Made by a program: the position numbers and the translations under genes. The notes under the pieces are model-generated. The model saw nothing but the letters and a program-made list of their open reading frames with translations, was not told the origin of the DNA and made no database searches. DNA of 63,019 bases, the filler included, from Chrysochromulina tobinii (lineage: Eukaryota), in the NCBI GenBank assembly GCA_001275005.1. It is 6 parts of 6 records of this genome, joined end to end, with 100 filler letters (N's around TTAATTAATTAA, not from the genome) between each part and the next. Parts side by side here need not be neighbours in the genome. Positions count along the whole stretch, not along the records: positions 1 to 7,149 come from JWZX01001007.1; positions 7,250 to 22,431 come from JWZX01001008.1; 4 more parts are not named here. One strand, given 5' to 3'. Numbering within the stretch: the stretch's first letter is position 1; each line of letters opens with the position of its first letter. This document shows, piece after piece, positions 1 to 9,822 of the stretch.

Positions 1-209
1 CGGCCCCCGTGAGGGGTGTGACAAGGGTGCCCCGGGCGCGCGGCCCCCGTCGCCTGACGCCAGCGCCGCGCGCCCCATTGCCGCGCCGGCTGCTGGCCAG
101 CCGGACGCCTCGCTGCTACGAGCTACTACGCAGTCGTCTGAACCCTTTGCACCCGCCAATGCGCCTCATGCACCCACCTTTGCGCACCCGAGAAGTCATC
201 TCCATGCTC

Positions 210-1478
210 TCATGCGTCGAATTCGGGCGTTGTACCGGGCGCATTGCCGTTGGCCCAGGCGCCCCAGTAGGAGACCCCCATCGAATGCAGCTCGCCTGGG
301 AGATTGCCGCGGTAGCCCACGGCCGATGAGGTCGCCAGCTGCGAGACGCCGTGGATGGGCGGGATGCGCTCGTGCTGCAGGCGCGTGCCCGAATGGTCGC
401 GCTGGCTGCCTGTGGCGCGTGGGTCAGCCTGGGCCACCGAGCCACCAACCACAGCGGAGCCAAAGTGGTGTTGGCTGGACGGGATGTGCCCGGCGTAGCC
501 TGCTTTGACGCCACCGACCACATGCTTATAGGTCTGTTCACTTGGAGTCCCTCGCTCAAACGATGGGCGCTGCCAAGAGCCATCCGGCGACGAGGGCGAC
601 TGCTGCTGGGGGCTCACGCTGCTCGCAGAGCCTCGGCTGTGAGGGGACGCGAGAGCCAAGTACGCAGGGGCCGCGCCTTTGGGCGACGACTTCTGGTAGC
701 CGATACGCACACGCGAGCTGCCGCCCGTGGGCTGCGTCGTGGGCGTCTTGGCGCCCACGACCGTCGGACGACCGCGCTCAGAGGGCGGCGCGCCCGAGAG
801 GAGCGGATTGAAAGTCTGTACGTTGTCCGTCACCTCGCTGTCGACGATGTCGCGCGCGCCGTAGCGGTGGCCGGCATAGCCGGGGATGTCGCGCCCGGTG
901 CCGCCGCGCTGCGAGGGCTTGGACGGCGGCGACGACGCCTTGGGCGTGAGTGGACGCGAGGACGGCGGCGTGTAGAAGCGATCGGAATACTCGGTCATCG
1001 CGCCCTCGTCGCCGCCTCCGAGTGTCGTCATGTTGCGTGGCCACTCGTCCGAGCGGATCGCGCTGGTCCCGTTCCACTCGTTGGGATTGGGTGGATGTGC
1101 CATGATGGGTGCGCGCTGGGACTGGTGGTGGTAACCGGGGTGCTGGCGCTGCTGCTGCTCGAGCATGGCCAGCCGCCGCTGCTGCTCCTCGAGGGCCGCC
1201 TCCTGCTGCCTGATCGCCGCCTGCAGCTGCTCGCGCTCGTTGAGGCCGGAGAGCGTCTGCGGCCGTGACGGCGATGACGATGGCGGTTGGTCGTAGCCGG
1301 CCGAGTAGCCGCCCCACAGTGGTACTCCGCCGATGTGGCTCGAGCCGTGGTGATCCTGCGCCATCGGCAGGTGGCCACTGTAGCCAGGAACCTTGCCGCC
1401 GGACGAGTAGGCATACGATTGCTCGGTCTTGTCGGTGTGGTCCCACGAGGGACGGTAGGAGCCGGGCGTTCGACGCAT
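210..1478 (-). CDS. FAM166/CIMIP2-like (DUF2475) ciliary microtubule inner protein
   Basis: Four GYxGxxP-type repeats (VPGYSGHLP, IPGYAGHRY, KAGYAGHIP, VGYRGNLPG) in a disordered P/S/Q-rich ORF. First in-frame ATG at 1478. Confidence 0.6.
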   Translation of the reverse strand: MRRTPGSYRPSWDHTDKTEQSYAYSSGGKVPGYSGHLPMAQDHHGSSHIGGVPLWGGYSAGYDQPPSSSPSRPQTLSGLNEREQLQAAIRQQEAALEEQQRRLAMLEQQQRQHPGYHHQSQRAPIMAHPPNPNEWNGTSAIRSDEWPRNMTTLGGGDEGAMTEYSDRFYTPPSSRPLTPKASSPPSKPSQRGGTGRDIPGYAGHRYGARDIVDSEVTDNVQTFNPLLSGAPPSERGRPTVVGAKTPTTQPTGGSSRVRIGYQKSSPKGAAPAYLALASPHSRGSASSVSPQQQSPSSPDGSWQRPSFERGTPSEQTYKHVVGGVKAGYAGHIPSSQHHFGSAVVGGSVAQADPRATGSQRDHSGTRLQHERIPPIHGVSQLATSSAVGYRGNLPGELHSMGVSYWGAWANGNAPGTTPEFDA

Positions 1479-1748
1479 AGCGATCTCAGGGCGGGACCCC
1501 TGCGACCCTTTCAGCGACCACAAGGTGCCCGTCGACAGCGCGCAAGTTTGCCAATTTTCATGTTGGCAACATGTTCTGGACGAGATCGATTCCGTTTAGC
1601 GGACGAATTTGGGAACGTGTATTGTGGCGCGCTTTCATTACCCCGCGTATCGAACATGGTAATTTTCGAAACCATTCCAATTTCCGCGATGGATCTCGGC
1701 ACCAGATTCCTTTCTCGGGCACTCTGCACTGCGGGCGATTCGCACGTC

Positions 1749-3313
1749 ATGGCGTCCTTGGAGCTCGTCGGAGCTCCGTCGAGTTCGCACGTGTGCGCAG
1801 TCAACACCTGGCTCGCCACATGGCTGTTTGACCTTGGCTTCGAATCGTGCAACCGCGACTGCTTGGGCTCGGCTGTCACCGATGGCATGCTGGCTGCGCA
1901 TGCTCTGTGGTCCGCCTGGCGGCTTCGCTCGTGGCTTGCTCGTACCCGCCAACAGCAGGTGCAGCGTGAAGCCATCACGAGGGCAGCCACCCAGAGCCAT
2001 TCCACCGGCCCGACTGGCTGCTCCTACGCGACGCAGCCCAGCATGCTTCTGTTGACCAGAGAGGACAGCCGCTGGAGCTTTGGCACGCTCGCCGTAACCC
2101 TCATGGCCACGAATGGCGTCTGGGCATCCGTGGGCGCGAGCTACTGGCTACAGCCGGGTGGCCAGCGATGGCCTACGCCCGAAATCTTTGAGGTGCTTTG
2201 GCGCATCAACTCGCTATGCCAGGCACTGCTCATCTACGTCGCGTACCTGGTGGCGCTCACGATCATCCGTATCGGGGGCGTTTGGCCCGCAGTGGCGCGG
2301 CACGAGCCGCTGCTGCTGCGGCTCGCGCTCGTGCACGCGGCGATCTTCGGCCTCGTGTGCCTCTGGCCCGGTCTCTGCGCGCAGCGTGACTACGTGCTCT
2401 GGGGCGGGGTCAACATCATGCCGCCGCTGCTTACGCAATGGGGCGCCATCGTGACCCTCGTGCTCCGCCACCGGCTGCACCGCAGTCTCGAGAGCCTGGC
2501 GGTGCCGCGCCGCGACGGCACGGTCGCCTTCGGCCTATGGCTGCCGCGCCACGCCCTCTTCGGCGCCGCTGCCTCTGGTATCTGGTTCTGGCTGGGCAAC
2601 TCAGCCATCTTTCTCGGCCGACATCAAGGGCTCGCCCTGTGGATGCGTCAAGCCGCGAGCAGGCTGCTGCGCCTTGACCCCGAAGGGCTCGACCCCGAGT
2701 GCGTGCCACGCCCCGGCTCCAAGACCCCCCTCACCCCACTCGCACGCACCTCGCAAGCAGACGCGCCCTCGCCCCTCCTCTCCCCCCGGCCCCCTACCCT
2801 TTTCCCCTCCCCTATCCCGTCCAACGTGCTCCACGACGGCGCCCCACCTGCCACGCCCACGACGGCGTCCCTCCTGCCACACCTTGCACCTCGCTCGCTC
2901 ACGCGTGCTCGTGCTTGCTTTGTGCTTGCTTTGTGCTCCTCAGTGGCGGCGTACCCCCTACAGCCTTCGAGGAGATGGCCGTCTTCCACATCTTCGGCAT
3001 CGTGGGTAACGAGCTTCTGTTTCGGGCGTATGGGTGGATCGCCATGCTCGAGGCGAGCCTGCCTCTGAGCCCGACGCCCAGCCGGACGCCCAGCCCGACG
3101 TCCACGCCGCCGCTCAGCTCCCGGCGCAGCACGAGCCCAAACGCCGAGGAGGTGGACGCATGCCCGACGACAGCTGAGGCCGTGGGCACCAGCTGGCGCC
3201 CCCAGAGCCTCACCGGACGGCGTTCCCCGCCGGTGGTGGTGATCGACGAGTCGTGGCTGGCCACCATGCTGGCTGGCAGCAGCGCCACGCCCAAGAAGGC
3301 CAAGGCCGCCTAG
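1749..3313 (+). CDS. Multi-pass membrane protein, possibly DUF6962-like; 2 exons (1749-2698, 2944-3313)
   Basis: Several hydrophobic helices, AVTDGMLA near the N-terminus and MAVFHIFG near the C-terminus. A GT..AG intron at 2699-2943 joins ORFs 1287..3068 and 2699..3313 in frame (GA|T = Asp). Start codon uncertain. Confidence 0.55.
2699..2943 (+). other. Spliceosomal intron
   Basis: GTGCGT donor, C-rich body, pyrimidine tract ending CTCCTCAG. Removal restores the frame. Confidence 0.75.
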
Positions 3314-3887
3314 CCCGACCGACGCTCTCTCGCATCATCCCCGTCGGCTGGGCGACGCTCAGCCCAATGCATGCACAGCGTGGGTACGCACCGCGCGCTC
3401 GAACGCTTCCTCGCTGCACCGTGTACGTTTGCCGTACCACAGCATGAGTCAGTCACAGCATGCCATGAGTATGAGGCTGTTGTGGGCTGGCACCACACCT
3501 GTCCACTCCGCGGGAGGAGCGCGCGCGGGCAGTACCGTAAAAGATCGGCGGAGTGGAACGTACACGGGCTGCGGCTGGCGGACGTATCGGAACGAAACCG
3601 AAGTACCAAACGGTGTGCTCGGTGGCTCTGGCTGGTTGGATGGTCTGGTGGTACACGGTGATATATCGTCTGATAATTCTCAGACGGTACACAAAGACCT
3701 TTCCGAGTCGCGACGCTCCTAATAACCGCCGCGGCGCGGCGCGCGGGCTGCCGGCGCGGGGACGGTGGACGGTTTTCACCGCCCCGCTCCCCGTCACTTA
3801 CGGCCGCAGGTCTTGTAGCTCCTCTTTCCGGAAGGTAGCGCCACTTGAAGACGCGGCTCAACAAGCCTCGACGCTGACAAACCTTGT

Positions 3888-5030
3888 TCACGCATAGAAG
3901 GGCTCGGCACGCGCCCACCACATCTCCGGATCGACGGCGCCTGACGCGCGAAACACGACGCCCTCGCCCTCGAGTCGTGTACGTTGCGTATCGCCCCCCG
4001 CACTGACCGGTAGGCTGCTCTTGCCGGATGCGCCGATGACGCGCCACCAGGGCAAGCCACCCGCACACAGCCCCTCTTTGAGTAGGTGGCCCACCTGGCG
4101 TGCGTTGCGCGGCGCACCAGCGAGCGCGGCCACCTGACCGTACGATGCGACGCGCCCCGGGGGGATGGCACTCACCACGTGCAGCACGCACCGGGCAAAC
4201 GCACCCCCCGAGGTGGAAGCAGGCCGTGGGCGGGGTGCTGCCGGCGGCGCTGTCTCTGGCAGTGCAGCAGCTGGTACCACGGGCGTGCCCACGCTCTCCA
4301 CAGCTGGTCTCGCCGAACTGCTGCGCTGCACAGCGGCGGTTGCTCCCATGTTGTTCTTTCGTGGCTTCGCTGAGGGATCCTTCGCCTGCATGGTCAAATT
4401 GTACGCGCACGCGTGCTCAAACCACTTGCGCAGTTGCACGTCACCCCGGTACTGCGCCGGTTCGACCAGCAGCGTGCCCGGGAACACGCGAGAGGCACCC
4501 GGCTTCTCTGAAGCGCAACGGCGGACGCCCACCGGATGCGATGCGAGGAGCCGCTCGACGGCGGGCTCACCAACACGAACGAGCAAGGTGTCCGAGGTGA
4601 CTCCGACGCCGAGAAACATGTGGCCACGCACGAGCCACATGCACATCCCAAACATCGTGCGTTCCTCGAACGTGTGATCTTCGGGAAGGTACTCCTCTAT
4701 GAAGCGGCGCACATTGCCGATCATCACCGACTCGGCAGCTGCCGGAGTTGGACGCGTGGTAGCTCTCCTCTTCGGCGCCGGCGGCACGTTGGTCGGCTCT
4801 GGCGACGAATCGTCATCGTCGTCATCGTCGGGAAGGGGCAGCGGTTCGGGCGCCACCTCCCGTCGGACGCGCTTCGAGGCCCGTGTCGGCTCAGCCTTTG
4901 CCTTCGCAGCCTTGGGAGAGCGCGGAGTTGGAGCAACCTTGGGTGGCACGACGGTCTCAAGTCCGAGCTCGACCAACCGTGCACGATTGCGTGCGATGTT
5001 CACCTCACGCTCAAGTTCGTAGGCCGACAT
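3888..5030 (-). CDS. Fusion: CDCA7-like N-terminal helix + TfoX_N domain + alkyltransferase-like (ATL/MGMT family) domain
   Basis: N-terminal SAYELEREVNIARNRARLVELGL. TfoX_N-like ERTMFGMCMWLVRGHMFLGV...LLVRVG...LRKW. C-terminal IPPGRVASYGQVAALAG..NARQVG..LPWWRV..Q..RLEGEGV. Confidence 0.8.
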   Translation of the reverse strand: MSAYELEREVNIARNRARLVELGLETVVPPKVAPTPRSPKAAKAKAEPTRASKRVRREVAPEPLPLPDDDDDDDSSPEPTNVPPAPKRRATTRPTPAAAESVMIGNVRRFIEEYLPEDHTFEERTMFGMCMWLVRGHMFLGVGVTSDTLLVRVGEPAVERLLASHPVGVRRCASEKPGASRVFPGTLLVEPAQYRGDVQLRKWFEHACAYNLTMQAKDPSAKPRKNNMGATAAVQRSSSARPAVESVGTPVVPAAALPETAPPAAPRPRPASTSGGAFARCVLHVVSAIPPGRVASYGQVAALAGAPRNARQVGHLLKEGLCAGGLPWWRVIGASGKSSLPVSAGGDTQRTRLEGEGVVFRASGAVDPEMWWARAEPFYA

Positions 5031-5102
5031 CGGAATTGCTCTCCTTCCACTAAGTCAAGTCAATGTGTTAAAGTTGTAGTTGTAAGTTGTACATGTAAGT
5101 TC

Positions 5103-7149
5103 TGTGAGAAAGGGGACTCGGCGACTCGCTCTACGTGCTGTCGAGTACGTCCGAAGGAAATGCCTGAGGCTATCCTGAGGCTGCCCTGTCAGATGGTCCC
5201 TACCGTCTTGTGCTAGTGTGTGCCCCCTGTGTGTGGCCCTTATCCTGGCTTGCGGCCCCCGGAGCGTGGCACCGCGCTCCGATTTCCTAATCGGGCGCGC
5301 GCTCGCTTCCCTTGAGGAATTGCGATCGCTTCCCGCGGAGCGCGCTTTTCTCCTCAGGCGTGAGTCGGGGGCTGCTCGTCTGTCGAAGCTCTCTGTGCAC
5401 TCCGTGTGCGACGCCTAAAGTTACTCACTACTACTCAAGTAGTCACTCTTTCCCACGTGGTATCGGTGGTGGCCCGGACTACCTCCTGCCCATCCAACTT
5501 CGACCGATCGAAAATGTCAACGCTATCCGCTGCAACGACGCACGACCATGAGTCACCGTCAACACCGACCTACTCAAACGGCGAGCCCATCCTCTACACG
5601 GGCAATCCCGCCGAGCTCACGGGCATCCTCGAGGCCCTCGACGAGCATTTCATCAACAACGGCCTCTTCCAGCCGCTCCTCACGCACGGCGCGGTCCTCT
5701 TGCGCAATGGCAAGGTTGCCGTCGATTCCTTCACTTCCGCAACATTTCTCACCGACCCGGCCTACGCGGCAGGCGTGGGCTCGTTCGCAGAACCGTACGA
5801 ATCCGCCGCGAAGAGCGTCGCCAAGTACAACGCGACCCCGGCCGGCAAGAAAACTGCGCTCACCGAGGTGACGACCAAGCCGACCGACTTTGACACCCAG
5901 TTCATCGTCTCGCCCGAGATGTGCAAGGCGGAGGACAACAAGCTCCTCAAGACCGTGCTCAGCATCATCCCCAACGAGACCATCGCCGGGCGCCTCCGTA
6001 CCGCCGCCAAGGGCAGCGGCCGGACCCTTCTCAACCTCCTCCGCACGGAGTCCACCAAGGCCAAGCCAGCTGACACGGCCCTCGTGGAAGCGACGTTCAA
6101 CGCCCATGTCCTCAACAAGCTCCACGGGGCCCCGATCACCGCGGAGAATCTCGCGGCCTTCGTCGAGAAGTACAAACAACTCGAGGCCATGTTGCCGAGC
6201 AAGATGAGGAAGCAGCAGACCGACGGCACCAGGCTCGAGATCATCAACCAGCTCGCGCAGGTCGACCCCAACATCTGCGAGCAGTATGAGCTCCGGATGA
6301 CCGCGTTGGGCACCAGCGCGCCCTCCAACATGGACGACGCCGTCGCGCTCATCGAGGAAATCCTCCGCACGAGAGCAGCGCGCGCCAAGCTGGCCGCACT
6401 GTCCGGCGGCGCCAAGCAGCTCGGCCTCGTAGCCGGCAACGCGACCGTCGCCGACCGCGACCCAACCAAGAACAAGCCCGGCGACGACAAGAAGACCAAG
6501 AAGTCCAAGCCGCCCCGCCGCCCCGACGGCAGCAGGAAGGGCGAGCTCATCAAGTGGGTCGAGGGCATGGACCTCTGCAAGTGCGGCGGCAAGCACCTCT
6601 ATCGCGACTGCCCCGACCCGAAGACGAAGGCCTGGTTCGACGCCTCCAAGGCCAAGAAGGACGCCGAGAAGGCGAAGACCGCCCTCGCAGCCGACGCCGC
6701 GCCGGCGGCCGCACCAGCATCGGCTCTCGTGTCCGCTAGCGGAGGGGTTGGCGCCACGACCATGGTGACCATCTCCGGTGATCACACGACCGACGAGCGC
6801 GCCCTCCTTGCCCAACTTTCCGGCTTCCTCAACTCCGCCGCGCCGTCGAAGGTCGTGCACTGGAGCGAGACCACGAAGGCCGCGCACTCCGCCAATGTTG
6901 CTAAGACCAAGGTCATTGACGGCGTCGTGCAACTCGTCGAGCCATCTCCAGACGAGCTCTCCCTGGCCGCCGCCCTTGGGATCACCACCGCCGACTTTGA
7001 TCAGAGCAACACCCGTTGCCCCGACTTCGTGCCTGGGTGCTCGGGCACCTGCGCCCGTCAATACGAGACCGATACCGCCGACAGCGCGAGCTCCGACGAT
7101 GAACCCGATCCGGCCCCGCGCTGCGAGGAGTGTGCCGACAACCCCGATG
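5103..7149 (+). mobile_element. 5' part of an LTR retrotransposon (probably Ty1/copia), truncated at contig end
   Basis: Putative LTR at 5103-5457 with imperfect terminal inverted repeat (TGTGAGAAAG...CTTTCCCACG), directly followed by a TGGTATC PBS-like site at 5458 and then a gag ORF. Confidence 0.7.
5514..7149 (+). CDS. Gag-like polyprotein (partial)
   Basis: Long ORF after the PBS, with a Lys-rich region and zinc knuckle variant CKCGGKHLYRDC. Runs into the N linker. Confidence 0.7.
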
Positions 7150-7249
7150 NNNNNNNNNNNNNNNNNNNNNNNNNNNNNNNNNNNNNNNNNNNNTTAATTA
7201 ATTAANNNNNNNNNNNNNNNNNNNNNNNNNNNNNNNNNNNNNNNNNNNN
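7150..7249. other. Artificial contig linker
   Basis: N44-TTAATTAATTAA-N44, which puts stops in all six frames. Confidence 0.98.
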
Positions 7250-9658
7250 CGCTGCCGCGCCCGCTGCCGCGCCCGCTGCCGCGCCCGCTGCCGCGCCCGC
7301 CTTGCCGGCTGCCACGCCGGCTGCCACGGCCGCTGCCGGCCGAGCGGGCGCGCGCTTCTTAGCCAGGCTGCGCTGGGCGATCGGTTGCTCGTCGTCCTCG
7401 GAGCTCACGCTGTCTGCCGAGAGCTGATCAAGCGTCAGATCGAGGGCGAGATTGGTCGCGAGATTGGTCGCCTTCGCTGACGCCCACGCCGGTCGGTTGG
7501 GCGCCGGCGCGGGCGCGGCTGTCGGAGCGAGGTCGGCAACGGCAGTGGTGGCGGCGGCTGTCGACACGGGACCACCCCCTGGCCGGTGCCCTGGCCGGTG
7601 AGGCGAGTGGTTCTCCTTGGCAGCCCCGATGGTGCCGCCCGCTGGACATGCCGCGGCCCCAACGTCGCCGCCGTCGCCGCCCGCCCGCGGTCGAATGCCC
7701 GCAAGGACGTTGCTACCATCGCATGAGGCTCTCTTGCTGCCGCCAGCGCTGCCAACGCCGGCCGCGCCACAGCCGCCGGCCCCGCCGCCGGCTCGTGCTG
7801 CGCCACGTCCAAGGTCGACCGTGTGCATCTCGAGCTTTTGTGGATCGTCTACCGGTAGGAACGGTTTCGATGGCTGGTGCAGCTGCAGGCCACGACCGGA
7901 GCTCATCGCGTCGCTCATCCGCTCGGCGAGGCGCGTGGTCTCGCGATGTTTCCGCTCCTCCGCCTCCGTGAGCAGCATGAACACCTGCCCCGCCTCTTTT
8001 CGACCGGTGCGCCCAAGCCGCTGCACCAATCGGATGGGCGAGTCGACGGCATCGAAGAAGACGACCAGGTTGACCTCGCCTATGTCGAGACCTTCCTCAG
8101 CGACTGACGTGGCGACGAGGACATTGTACACGCCCGATCGGAAGTCGTCGATCGTACGCCTCTGCTCCAGCTGCCCCATGCCGCGCGCACCGGCCCCATG
8201 CCCCACGCGGTTCGATCGTCCGACAAATGGGGCCGCGCGTACGAGCCCTCGGAGCCTCGAGCTTCCCGCCAGATGCGCACACAGCGCCGACACATTCGCA
8301 CGCTTGTTGACGAAGGCGATCACGCGCGAGTGGGTGTCCGCTTGCAAATGCGCCTCGAGGAGCGTGCCGAGGGTCGCGAGCTTTGGCGCGATCCGTTGCT
8401 CCCATTCCATCGCGTGGCCGCCAAGCCGACCTAACGCTCCCACGGCGCTTGCCGCTTCGGAGGCGCGCGCACGTAGCGTGGCGAGCGGCTCACCGGTGAC
8501 GCCCGCCGCCTCGACAGCGCCCAGCAGAGGTTCGAGTTGCTCCAGCCGCGCACGCTCGTCGGCGTCCTCGGCGACATCCTCATCATCGCCAGCCTCGCCA
8601 TCGTCGCTGTGCGCGTGAGCCTCGATCTGGGCGATCGCCCCTTGGTCGCCCGCACCGGCCGCTTTGGGCCGGTCGCCCTCGGCCGCATCGGCCAGAGCGA
8701 CGAGCGCGCTCAGCAGCGTGTGGCACTCGTGCAGCGTGCGCACCTGCGAAACTGACGCCCCACCGAGCATCGCTGAGCCTTGCGCCGCCCTTGACAGCAT
8801 GCGCTCCAAGTTGGTTCCACAGAGCTGCATGGCGGCCGCATCGAGCTGACCGATGGCGACCGGGTCCAGCGCCTTCGCGTCGCACAGCCGTCGCAATGCC
8901 GAGATGCCTGGCTCCATGAGCATCTCGCGGTACGAGAGCGGGCGAGCGTCGCTGCCACTGCCGGCGGTGGGCACGCGGTGTGTGCAGATGGTGCGTCCGT
9001 GCAGAAAGGATAGCAGCTCATGCTCGGTGCGCGTCTCGAGCTTGGCGATGTGCAGCATGTTGATGACGCTCTGAACCTGCGCGAGGGTCGAGCCCGCAGT
9101 CGCTGACAGGCCCAGCACGCGCGCACCCGCGTGCTCGTCGGCCCGTTGCGCCTCGCGCACGTGACGGGCGACAAGCGCATACGCCTCCTTCTCGCTCCGC
9201 GCGTGGTGGCATTCATCGAAGACGAGGCAGCAGATGCGCGTCGGATCGCACAGGCCATTGCGCATGTCATTGTGGAGCACCTGCGGCGTACAGAAGATGA
9301 GCCGGGCGGCCGTGTGCGCCCACCGCTCCTTGCGTGCGGCGGGTGGCTCCTCGCCTGTGAGCAGCTGTGCATCCACCTCGGGCGAAAGACCCATGTAGGC
9401 GCAGCACGCGCCGACCTGCTGCTGGACGAGCGCACGGTTCGGGGCCATGAAGATGCACAGCCGGGTCGGGCACCACTGGAGGAAGTTGTGCAGCACCGCC
9501 GCGGCGACAAGCGTTTTGCCCGTACCTGTCGGCAGAGCAACCAGCGTGTTGTAGCACAAGGCCGTGCGCACGATCGCGCTCTGGTAGCACCGGTAGTCGT
9601 GCCCCTGCGGGTGCGGGAAGATTCCCACGCGCGCATGAGGCAGGTAACCACCCGGCAT
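7250..9658 (-). CDS. FANCM: FANCM/Mph1/Hef-family SF2 helicase (C-terminus truncated)
   Basis: YRCYQ..IV..AL..NTLVALPTGTGKT, FCTPQVLHND, DECHHA, LGLSATAG, GMGQLEQ, NVLVATSVAEEGLDIGEV, SPIRLVQRLGRTGRK. Confidence 0.92.
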
Positions 9659-9822
9659 GCGTGCGTGCGTGCGTTCGGCGCAAGAGCGGCTGCGTGTTGT
9701 GTGAACGTTAACACGTGCAAAAAAACGAGCGTGGGAAAATGAAGCGGGAATCCGGTGTTCAAACGGTGTTCACAGGCTCTCTACATGTTAACACAACATG
9801 TTGAAACTTAAAAACCTAATTC

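Noticed and set aside
5574..7061. Long antisense and overlapping ORFs throughout the track
   Set aside because: Expected shadows of high-GC coding sequence, with no recognisable motifs.
7150..7249. TTAATTAATTAA within N runs (five places) as a biological repeat
   Set aside because: An identical 100-nt artificial linker. ORFs crossing it and adjacency across it are artefacts.
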